Part shown: in pieces, positions 51,751 to 64,000 of the stretch
Layout: each line of letters starts with the position of its first letter
Position numbering within the stretch: the stretch's first letter is position 1
From: Eledone cirrhosa
Lineage: Eukaryota
Assembly (NCBI GenBank): GCA_964016885.1
Contig: OZ024740.1
Coordinates: 329,344,001 to 329,408,000 of the forward strand
DNA length: 64,000 bases
Direction of reading: 5' to 3'
Translations under genes and position numbers: made by a program
The notes under the pieces: model-generated
Databases searched by the model: none
Seen by the model: the letters and a program-made list of their open reading frames with translations, nothing else
Told to the model about the DNA's origin: nothing

Positions 51751-52442
51751 GCCCTTTTCTGTCCCAGCTCTGGTGCTGGGAGAAACGGTTTTTGCGATCC
51801 AATGCATATTTGAGTGGAGGGTAGAAGTCTCGTAGATGGGTTACTTGGCTACAGACGATTTCCCACTAATATTGCATCAAAGGAAGTGCCAAAAATATTT
51901 TTTTCTCGATCACGAGAGTTGGTGGTTATGCATTATCAGTAGAAAGTGCCTAAAATATATTGCATGTTTTTATCATTTAACCTTTTATATACTGTAACAT
52001 TTCTGCTGTAATTAACTTTTATTTCATTCCTATTTTAGAGATCAATGAATCTTGAAATATACTCCTCATAAGAATATTTTTGAAAATCTTCTCAATGTAG
52101 GAGTTATTAATGAATATATTTTCCCTCTCCTTTCTTCTGCTTTCAAACATCCGTTTAATCATCAAAATCCATTCATGTCCGTTTATCGTTTTTATTTTGT
52201 TATTATTTGCATAGTGAACCGTTATTAATAAAGGATTAAAGATTCATTGCTTGACAATATACTAACGTTGCCAATATATTTAAATAGTAAATAATATTGA
52301 TCTGCGATTAGTTTTCGCTATCATTTGTTGCACCTTTGTGCACCACGCCACACCTTATAACCTGATCTAGAAACGGATTTCCCTTCTCACACAATACTTA
52401 TATATAAATATACATAGGTATATATATATATATATATGTGTT

Positions 52443-52474
<32 letters not shown>

Positions 52475-52525
52475 TATATATATGTACATACACACAGAGA
52501 CCCAAACACATACACACAGACACAA

Positions 52526-52598
<73 letters not shown>

Positions 52599-54865
52599 TA
52601 AAGTGTGTATGAGCGTGTGAATGTGATAAATTAAAATAAATGTAGATGGTGCTGAAAGGAAATTGCAGAAAAAACTTTAAATAAACCAATAGATACTGCG
52701 ATAAGGTGGGAATGATTAAATGTAAAAAATAGTGAGATTGAAGTCTCTGTTATTCTGTCATTTGTAGGTTAGAGATAATACTTAAATATTTTTTCTCCAA
52801 TTTCTTTCTCTGTGTTAGGTAGAATTCGATTGTTGCATTCGTGAGCTTTTTCTCCCATCTAATCGCTTTTCAATCGTAGGCATGTATCATTTATTTATTT
52901 TTTCTTAAATTTAGCTCTTTGTTAGATCATAAATAATACCTTTCCGTTTTCGCGTACTGTCTCTATATCTTTGTTATATTTATCTAGATAAGAAAACCTC
53001 ATTGATTACCTTAATATACTATTTATGAGAAACAGCGGCAGCTCTAGTATAACCTGCTGCGTTTATATGCAAATAAACTATAGATTCAGTGTAATGGTGA
53101 TGCACGTTTAATTTCAAATTTAGTAACAAGTTAAATTCCCGTTTCTCTAAGTATATTTTCCTCCGTTGATGTTGGTTAATCACCATGAATATCACACATT
53201 GTACTGATTCATTAGTTCTCTTTGAATGTGTTTCGCAAATTATGTTATGCCCCAATTGCCAGATTACTAAAACCAAATTCAGTGTGTAGCTCCTGGCTAG
53301 GAATTTATATGATCGATGTAGATATTGTGAATTAAATTCCTTTTATAAGGAGAACATACACTTATCAGAATTTCTAATAGTAAGGAACACTGGGTTAATT
53401 TAAAGTGATATGTATGCTTCAGAAAAAATGCTTCCAGAAAGGGATGAGGTTCCAAATACACATACATTTCACAGGGAAAGCAATATCTATGTAAGATCTG
53501 AGATATAAATATAGAAATCTGGATGCAAACTTCATTCTTTTCAATGTAATATGTTTCAATTTAAATTTATTTGTAATTTAATTTTTGCATGCTTGCTATG
53601 CCATTTTCTTCATGATGCAGACTAGTTTCACAAAGATCACAGAATTCGTTGTATTATATAGGTGTATATAGCGGTGTATTGGCAATATTAGTAGAGTAAC
53701 AGTATTACAGCATATAGTTACATCTCTTTACACTCTTTACACACTTACACAGTTCAAATGCCACCGAGGTTAGGTTTGTCTTTCCTCATGTTAGGGTCGG
53801 TAAAATAAAGTAATAGTAACGAAGTGGCATGGATTTAATAGATTTTCTCTCTATTAAAATTGTTAGCAGTGTGCCTACATCAGAAAACATTATATAGTTG
53901 AATGTATGTCTTATTCTATGGATATCCTCTTTACTATTACTATAACTATTCACTTTGTTAAGTTTCATTCAAACATTCACTGTAACATCACTAACCTAAT
54001 ATCTGAAAACCAATCATTATAGCCAGTTTCATTGAAATGGATAGCAGTACATCTTTAGCACGAGAAAGGTCATTTTCACCTACTGTTCAATACATTAAAC
54101 ATGTTCAATCAAATCCAATGATTGCCTGGAGCCAACTGGTCTTACGCAATCCTTAAATTTGAGATCAATCATTATTACTCTTTCAATATCTGTCTCTCTC
54201 AATTTATGTCACACTTTCCCGGTCACTCTCTCTTTTTGAAATATATCTCCTATTTCAAGTTACCTGCCCCCCGCTCCAGGAATATTACCATGAATTATTA
54301 ACCTTTCCTTTGCTAGTCGATTGGTGTTATATTATTCCAATGCCAGTGAAATGGTCTTTAAATTACTCGGCAATTGACTACTTATTATCAAAATTATAAT
54401 TACAGGTAACTGTTATTAATGCTGCTAAAATAACACATTCTAGAACATCTGATTAAAACAATATAACCGCTCCAGGTATATCAACATTTTATTTGCTATT
54501 ATGTTCATATTGTTTATATTCTATATGGAAAATATAATACTTAAAGAGTCGAACAAAAGCTGCTATAAAAATTTCAGAAAATTTAAGGTAATAACATGTG
54601 TGAACAATAATATCAGATCATAACGTTTAATAAAAACATTCAACTAAAACAAAATTCTAAAACGGAATTAATTTCCATTATGTCTTAGCTCAATAAAAGC
54701 ATAGAGCTGGACTGACACACTGATTAAATAATATGAGAGACAGTTCATATGATCGATAAGCTCGGTGAGCAAACATCATTTATTCTTCAATGGTTAATAC
54801 TATTAGTAATTGTAATTCATTAAATCATTTTAATCAACTAACCAAAATGATTATTAAGATTGGTC

Positions 54866-54928
<63 letters not shown>

Positions 54929-54955
54929 CATATAAATATATATATACATATATAT

Positions 54956-55025
<70 letters not shown>

Positions 55026-55123
55026 GAATATATATATATATATATCTACATATATATACATATATATATATATACATATATATATACATATATATATATA
55101 TGTATATATATATATACACATAT

Positions 55124-55177
<54 letters not shown>

Positions 55178-55300
55178 GTAAAAGGTCAACAGAAATGACA
55201 ACACATATATGGAAGGGATATATTAGAGTAACGCTTGATATAGCAGGAAGAGGGTCTTAACGTTTCGGACGTTAGTCCTTTATCAGATGAAAGAATGAGA
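55178..55300 (-). mobile_element. Solo pLTR fragment with degenerate hammerhead
   Basis: Minus strand CTGATAA-a-ggac taac gtcc-GAAA-cgtta (55255-55290; G8->A, weak stem I), then a tail into (TA)n. Confidence 0.5.
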
Positions 55301-55491
55301 AATAACATAGATTGAGGGGACGGTTGGTTTGGAATTTGAAAAAATGGCTTTAGATAAAAATAACAGGCTCATTCATGTTGACATCTCTTGAAAAATACAC
55401 ACACACACGCATGCGCGTACACACACACACACACACACACGCACACATATATATATATATATATATATATGTATACAGTGAGTGAGAGAGA

Positions 55492-55570
<79 letters not shown>

Positions 55571-55816
55571 AGTGTTGCAGCATATGTACAAACTATTATT
55601 TGTGCAAAGCCGCATCTAGTCTGAGTTTACTCTTCTTACACTCGGAACATGAAACTCGCGGTACCTCTAGAATACAACCAAACAGCATTGAGTGCTCCGA
55701 ACGGCTTAACTCCTGTAACTTTGGTTACACTGTTAACTAATATAGATATATATCTCCCCGTCTCTCTCTCTTTTTCTCTCTCTCCCCCATCTCTCTCTTT
55801 CTATTCATATATAAAT

Positions 55817-55865
<49 letters not shown>

Positions 55866-55904
55866 AATATATATATATATAAATATATATATATGTATGA
55901 ATGA

Positions 55905-56297
55905 AGTAATTCCGTCGGAAAATTCCAGGAAAAAAGAGTGCTCTATGTAGTTAACAGAGTTTAATAGTTATGTAATAAACAACATAAGGCAATTATTTCA
56001 TTTACCAGTGTCTTATATGTGTGTGTGTATATGCGTGTGTGTATGTATGTGTGTATGTATATATATAAGTGTATGTATATAATTGTGTGTGTGTGTGTGT
56101 GTTTGCATGTGTGTTTTTATTTTTCCTTTCCTTCTTCCTTTTCCAGCCTCACTTTCATATAGATTATATTTTTGGTTTTAAAATCCAACGCCAATAAATA
56201 CAGCAGGATTTTTTCATTCTGATGATTGAAAGCAAAATTTTTTTGCTTTTAAGAAACCACTGGTAAATGAAATAATTGCCTTATGTTGTTTATTACA

Positions 56298-56303
<6 letters not shown>
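55905..56303. mobile_element. Fold-back pLTR insertion (tail-bearing - arm plus inverted + arm)
   Basis: 55965-56012 is the reverse complement of about 56258-56303; the tail resembles 61710-61765 (ggaaaaaagagtg.tctatgta..aacagag). Confidence 0.75.
56212..56272 (+). ncRNA. Type I hammerhead ribozyme, canonical core, all stems intact
   Basis: tttcatt-CTGATGA-ttgaaagcaaaa ttt ttttgcttttaa-GAAA-cc act g GTA-aatgaaa. Confidence 0.88.
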
Positions 56304-56349
<46 letters not shown>

Positions 56350-56353
<4 letters not shown>

Positions 56354-56506
56354 AACATGTATGACCCCGACGGCAGAGCTCAAGCCGTTTCGACGGCCAA
56401 TTCTGGAGTAAATAAGAATTTTTAGCCTGGGAAACAAATAGTCTGGAAAATAAATATAAATATGTGCGTTATGGTCTATCTGGTTCCTTACTACATTTCC
56501 TTCGTT
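56350..56506. mobile_element. Miniature inverted-pLTR plus tail insertion of the PLE B family
   Basis: 56350-56435 resembles 37186-37265 (inverted HHR 3' half); 56463-56506 resembles 40260-40302 (tail); (TA)n on both sides. Confidence 0.82.
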
Positions 56507-56550
56507 ATATATATATATATATAATTACTTAATAAACAACACAATTTTGT

Positions 56551-56626
56551 CATTCCATTACCAAAGGTTTTTAACGAAACAAGATGATCCTTACTGAAAG
56601 GTCCCGCTCGTACATCAGATGAAATA
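56551..56626 (-). ncRNA. Degenerate hammerhead (family of 56212 and 61853)
   Basis: Minus strand tatttcat-CTGATGT-long stem-AAAA-cctttgGTA-atggaatg. Confidence 0.5.
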
Positions 56627-56833
56627 GTTATGTTTTGGATATAAATTTCGAAATTAATATATATATAGAAACTGAAAGTGAAGTTGGGTTAAAATAACAT
56701 CGTATAACGGAAAAACGTACACGCGCATTAAAATGTACCTACATCAAATTACACTCGCACTTAGGTATATACACTCATATATATACATCTACACACATCT
56801 ACATACACATACAAACACAACATATATATATAT

Positions 56834-57434
<601 letters not shown>

Positions 57435-57435
<1 letters not shown>

Positions 57436-58108
57436 AAATATAAGTATGTATACGTACATACATATATGTATACAGACGTACACTAGTATGTATATTCATA
57501 CATAAATGCACACATATATATATATATATATATATACGTACGTATGGGTTTACCGAACATTTGTGATAATGCTCGGTTTGTTTGTGTTCGGCAACCATCG
57601 TTGCCCTTTTGTTCAACACAGACTAAGGAACGATGAACTAGTTTCTAGATTATTAGCTGTCATCAGCACCGTATACGGTCCTGTCAGTGGATTGAACGTT
57701 TGAATGCATATTAACGGCTGAGCAGCCTAATTTACATATCGAGTAGTTAGTCGGCCGTGTGTACGGAAAACGATAAATGGAAAAAATGAAATTTTTCCAT
57801 TTATCCATTTCGTTACAGCCAGCCGACTAATAAGCTAGAAACTAGTTCAACGTTCCATAGTCAGTGTTGAACAAAAAGGCAACGAGGTTTGCCGACCACT
57901 GTACTGATACTAATTCGGGCTGTCTGTTTACAACAAACTGAGCATTATAATAAATGTTCGGTAAACCCATATGTACATATATATATGTGCATGTATCTAT
58001 GTATATACATACTACTGTACGTCTGTATACATATATGTATGTACGTATACATACTTATATTTAAGTATCAGCCGTACTAAGAGTGAGAAATGAAATTTCT
58101 TTTTTTCC

Positions 58109-58115
<7 letters not shown>
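57435..58115. mobile_element. Older fold-back pLTR insertion (about 220-bp diverged arms)
   Basis: 57435-57657 is roughly the reverse complement of 57826-58062; tail 58063-58115 runs into (TA)n. Confidence 0.8.
57630..57672 (-). ncRNA. Minimal type I hammerhead ribozyme (stem II partly decayed)
   Basis: Minus strand acggtg-CTGATGA-cagct aata atcta-GAAA-ctaGTT-catcgt; the other arm keeps ctaataagcta, consistent with an ancestral tagct/agcta stem II. Confidence 0.7.
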
Positions 58116-58162
<47 letters not shown>

Positions 58163-58178
58163 GCATATACATACAGAC

Positions 58179-58271
<93 letters not shown>

Positions 58272-58272
<1 letters not shown>

Positions 58273-60832
58273 GCAAGGCTATGCAAGGCTATGCAACCCC
58301 ACATTACCAACACGAGTGAGATTGCACAGCAAACACATGATGGGAGAGAGAAAATCCTCAACGCTCACATGATGATGTGGACCGACATCCTAAAGCCAAG
58401 CAGACGGACTTCTAACGATGGCAAAACCACCCTTGTATGGGCTCCGCAAAGACCACAAGACAGTCGACGACCCGACAATAGGACCACCAACAAGACCCGT
58501 ATGCGGAGCTACTATAGCTAGCAACTACAGGATCTCCTACTTCCTCACAATGGTTATACGCCCCATAATCAAGATATCCCCAGATGTATGTGACAGTACA
58601 GAGGACCTCCTCAGCAGAATCAGTGAGTGCAACAAAAACAGGAACATATCCAACTGCATAATAGGCAGCATGGATGTGGTATCACTGTACCCATCCATTA
58701 ACATTGATTTTGCTGTGGAAAAATGTGTGGAGATGATCATTGAGAGTGAGGTGGTGTTCTGCGACGTCGACACAGACGAACTGGGCCTCCTACTTAGACT
58801 TACCTATGACACTGACTACCTAGACAGCCATGGCCTTAGACGTTTCTGCCCTAGTAGACCCATAAGAGGTAGACACCCCACCATAATGTCAATGGCAAAA
58901 AAGACTCCCATGGGAAGGTGGATTGGGTGGACCAAAACCATACGGACCCCCCAAAACAATGATCAGGTAAGCAAAATGGTCGCACATGCAATAGGGGCTA
59001 GTATCAAAACTACCCTAAAGGGCCACATATTCAAGTTCAATGAGAAGATCTACACCCAAAATGAGGGAGCAGCCAGTGGCGTCAGCATAGCTGGTGATGT
59101 TGCCAACCTTTTTGTGGTATGGTGGGAAAAGAGACTTAAAGATCTCCTTAATGAGAGCTCCATAGACCTCATCATGTACTGTCGTTACGTAGACGATATC
59201 AATATAGTTATAAGAACATCCCCACTAGAGAGCACTAACAAGTTTGATTTAGAACGTAGCACAATAGAAAGCATCCAGCAGATAGCTAATTCCATGCACC
59301 AGAGTATAACTGTAACTATCGACTACCCTTCCAAACACCCTAACAATAGACTACCTGTATTAGACACGGAACTCTGGATTAACACTATATATGAGAGAGC
59401 CCAAATTCTCCACTCACACTATGCTAAACCCATGGCCTCCAAATACCTGATACTCCAAAACTCAGCAATGTCCAGTAGTGCTAAATTTAATATTCTGATC
59501 GCAGATTTGGTACGAGTGATGAAGAATGTGTCCCGCATCTGCGACCCAACAGAAATGGAAAGACACATCCAACACTTCATCAACCGCATGCAGTTCTCTG
59601 GCTACAAACAAAGAGACAGAGTCAGAGTATACGAAGGAGCCATGGAGAAGTATAAGACCCTCATAAATTTGGACGTGAAAGGAATTTGTCCATTATACAG
59701 GAGCAAATCATGGAATAGCTGAGATAGGGCTAGACATAAGATAGGGAAAGCCACCTCCTGGTACGACAACCAGCGATACCAGAGTGTCATGTTTGTGGAC
59801 GCTACCCCTGGAGGGAAATTAGCTAACCAGTGTAAAAAGGCCCTGTGAAAGACCCACTTAAAGATTAAGGTGGTAGAAAAGCCGGGAACCATCATAAAAT
59901 CCCTGATCAGCAAAACCTACCCTTTTAAGAAAACCCATTGTACTAATAGGAAATATATCATATGTAAGATAAACCCCCGGATAAACTGTAAAACTAGAAA
60001 CGTAGTCTATAGCATAAGATGTACAGAGGTTACTTGCAGAAACATGACAACAAGATACATAGGCCAGACAGGTTGTAGCATAGGTGAAAGAATAGACCAA
60101 CACTGGGGGAACTAAAAGGACGAAAAAACGGGTCAGTACTATACGAACATGCCAGACAATAACACGACGGTAACATAGACAACATAGAAATTAGAATAAT
60201 ATCTAAACATAGAAATGACCCAGCAGATAGGCAAATCAGAGAGGCCAGTGAAATAGAAATTAGAAGACCAAGACTAAACAGAAAGAATGAATGGAATAAC
60301 AACAACACCCAAACAAACAACACTGACCTAAGAGAAGTATAAATAAATAAATAGATACATAAATAAATAAATACATACACAAGCACAATAACCACAAACA
60401 CATATAAACACACACACTAGTAAAAATAGAATACATTAACCAATACACAGTCACCCAATCACGAACACACATCAAACAAAACACTATACACACACGCAAA
60501 CGCATGCGCAAAGAAGACAAAATAAAATAAACAAACAAACAAATAAATAAATAAATAAATATATAAACGGCAGGAAACAATAGCACCACTGACGATGTTG
60601 CAGATGTGCAACGAAAGAACTTTGATAAACTATATATATGTGTTTGTGTCTATTTTGTATCTGTATTATTTTTTACCGATGGTCAGTCAATGGCAACATT
60701 AAGGACCGCATAAATTAGATTACCGATATAAAAGACACAGAAGCGAAAAGCGAAAACCAACCAAATAGTGAGTGTGTTCTGTTATTAATTCTGGCAATAT
60801 TAGACAAATATGACCCTCCCAAGTATAACAAT
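58272..60832 (+). mobile_element. Penelope-like element D (distinct lineage), 5'-truncated, decayed
   Basis: RT 58418-59722 (GLRKDHK, RPVCGA, SMDVVSLYPSI, CRYVDDI, LPVLD, YAKPMAS); GIY-YIG 59870-60300 (VVYSIRC...YIGQT...ERIDQH); in-frame stops; (TA)n on both sides. Confidence 0.9.
60585..60626 (+). ncRNA. Minimal hammerhead in PLE D pLTR (extra U after A9, weak stem I)
   Basis: acca-CTGACGA-t-gttgca gatg tgcaac-GAAA-gaactt-tgat. Confidence 0.65.
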
Positions 60833-61039
60833 ATATATATTTTTATTCATATATATAGAGATACACACACATGAGTACCTTACACATACACACATGTGTA
60901 TATATCTATATGAAAACAGTTGAATGAGACAGTCCTAGTTCCGTAGAAGCCATTTCTATATTAAATATTTATTCTCTGCTATGAATTGAGTACCTTAAGT
61001 TCTGTGGTTACCCACGATTTAACGCGGGATAGACTTATG

Positions 61040-61071
<32 letters not shown>

Positions 61072-61572
61072 ATCGTCTAAACCCATGCTAGCGTGGAAGA
61101 TAGACGTTAAATGACTATGATGATGATGATATATATAGGAAACGAAGCGGGTTGTGTGGTTACTGTAAACAAAGTTTACGATGTTTGTATGGACGAAACA
61201 AGAGAAGAAACCCTTCATCAGCTGTGAACTGGAGATCATAGATGTTTCGGCACTTAAAACAGGAAATCAAAATGGAACAGCAGCACGCCCAAGGCCTTTT
61301 ATCAATCAAAAGGCCCCAAAAGGAAGAAAAGATAAGATAGTGAGAGGAAGAATAAGATAGAGAGAGGAAGAATGAGAGAAAAGAAAAGAGGAAAAACGAA
61401 GAAAGCTAACCGAATGGAGGGGGGGGGGGGGCACGGGACAATGGCACATGCAAGTGAATAACCGAGGAGAAGATAGAAAGGGTTACAACGAACCGATTAG
61501 TCTTAAGTGGCCAATATAACTGCGGAACGAGTTTTTCCGTTCTATACATATATGTGTGTGTGTATATATGTG

Positions 61573-61679
<107 letters not shown>

Positions 61680-61709
61680 GTGCGTGTGTGTGTATTGGTA
61701 CGTGTTTTG

Positions 61710-61958
61710 TAATTCCAAAGGAAAAGCAAAGGAAAAAAGAGTGTTCTATGTATAGAACAGAGCTATTTAATAGGAAGTGAACAACACAAAATATAACTAC
61801 TCTATTACCAATGGTTTCTGGACCACAGGCGATATTAATATATACGTCTGCATACTTCCTCAGATAGAGATGGATCCAGACGTATATATTACTATCGTCT
61901 GTGATCCAGAAACCTTTGGTAATGGAGTAGTTATATTTTGTGTTGTTCACTTTCTAAT

Positions 61959-61965
<7 letters not shown>
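61710..61965. mobile_element. Fold-back pLTR insertion with degenerate hammerhead
   Basis: Arms at about 61764-61850 and 61877-61965; tggatc cagacg...cgtctg t gatcca-GAAA-cctttgGTA-atggagta at 61853-61928 with a decayed 5' core. Confidence 0.78.
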
Positions 61966-62017
<52 letters not shown>

Positions 62018-62109
62018 ATGTGTGTGTGTGTGTTTTTTTACGTATTTGTATGTATGGGTATATATGTTTGTGTATATATAACCCATTTGCAACTCCGCAG
62101 CACGTTTAT

Positions 62110-62181
<72 letters not shown>

Positions 62182-62184
<3 letters not shown>

Positions 62185-62713
62185 CCCATACATGCAAATA
62201 CGTAATATATACACATACACACGTAATAAATATATTAGTAATATATATATTAGTACTCAAAAATATTCATACATATCTATGAATGTGTTACGTATATTTG
62301 CAGAGAGGAGGTTTCGGTGTTATAATTATGGATGAAGTAAGATCGTATAAAAATCATGTCATTGTTATAAGTTTGTGAAATTATACATCTGTGTCAAATA
62401 TATCATTAGAATGAGGGAGTGTTCGGGGTGTCTTACAGAGTACACCTAGTGATAAAAAATGAAAATAAGGAATAGGTAAGTGTTATAGGTATAAAAAGCA
62501 TGTAATCATAGTCAATATGTAAATGTTGTTTGTGTGTTATGGGTATAACTAAATGTATGTGTTCATATGGAAAATAAGTTTAGGATAGTTAGTGTTAATA
62601 ATATTCATAATTGAAATATATGTTCAGGGTGGATATATGTCCGAATTGATGCTATGTTTATTCCAACAAAATTGCTGGTATGTTTATTCAAACAGGAAAG
62701 CATATATGGCTAT

Positions 62714-62747
<34 letters not shown>

Positions 62748-63276
62748 CCCATACATGCAAATACGTAATATATACACATACACACGTAATAAATATATTA
62801 GTAATATATATATTAGTACTCAAAAATATTCATACATATCTATGAATGTGTTACGTATATTTGCAGAGAGGAGGTTTCGGTGTTATAATTATGGATGAAG
62901 TAAGATCGTATAAAAATCATGTCATTGTTATAAGTTTGTGAAATTATACATCTGTGTCAAATATATCATTAGAATGAGGGAGTGTTCGGGGTGTCTTACA
63001 GAGTACACCTAGTGATAAAAAATGAAAATAAGGAATAGGTAAGTGTTATAGGTATAAAAAGCATGTAATCATAGTCAATATGTAAATGTTGTTTGTGTGT
63101 TATGGGTATAACTAAATGTATGTGTTCATATGGAAAATAAGTTTAGGATAGTTAGTGTTAATAATATTCATAATTGAAATATATGTTCAGGGTGGATATA
63201 TGTCCGAATTGATGCTATGTTTATTCCAACAAAATTGCTGGTATGTTTATTCAAACAGGAAAGCATATATGGCTAT

Positions 63277-63307
<31 letters not shown>
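62182..63307. repeat. Apparently identical 563-bp tandem duplication bounded by (TA)n
   Basis: cccatacatgcaaatacg at 62185 and 62748; no differences seen through catatatggctattata. Confidence 0.93.
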
Positions 63308-63353
<46 letters not shown>

Positions 63354-63422
63354 AGATGTGTGTGTGTGTATATGATTTTACGTATGTGTATGTATGTGTA
63401 TAAGTGTATTTATGTGTATATG

Positions 63423-63466
<44 letters not shown>

Positions 63467-63480
63467 CATGTATATATGTA

Positions 63481-63512
<32 letters not shown>

Positions 63513-63681
63513 AATGAATATATATATATATATGTATATATGTGGGTATGTGTGTGTACATATATATGAATATATGTATGCATTTGTATGCCTATGTATA
63601 TGTATGTATGCGTGTATATGTGTATATATATAATTGTTTTTTATATGAATATATATGTATATATGTGTACATATACATATA

Positions 63682-63932
<251 letters not shown>

Positions 63933-64000
63933 CATGAATATATGTATACATATATATACATATATATATACGCATATACACATACATACACATACGTAAA

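Noticed and set aside
61195-61255. Minus-strand GAAA...CTGATGA as a permuted hammerhead
   Set aside because: Stems I and II cannot be paired convincingly.

Overview
AT-rich eukaryotic (animal) intergenic or intronic DNA with no recognisable host gene. The SINE types and the very high (TA)n/(CA)n/(ATT)n load suggest a cephalopod such as Octopus, which is inference only. The window is almost entirely retroelement-derived and splits by target microsatellite. (1) 1.8-18.1 kb is a stack of elements in (ATT)n: three head-to-tail R4/Dong-type RLE non-LTR retrotransposons (one with an uninterrupted 950-codon frame), one L1/Tx1-type LINE and tRNA-derived SINEs. (2) 19-64 kb has (TA)n tracts colonised by Penelope-like elements (PLEs): four RT+GIY-YIG copies from at least three lineages (two Naiad-like), plus many non-coding pLTR fragments. 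Reading both strands by eye shows about 17 hammerhead-ribozyme (HHR) motifs, roughly half intact and half degenerate, including several with the variant U3:A8 core (UUGANAA). There are also several short fold-back inserts whose arms carry HHRs in opposite polarity, the best being a 189-bp-arm near-perfect palindrome at 36471-36849. All alignments and folds were done by eye; element boundaries marked approximate may be off by tens of bases.
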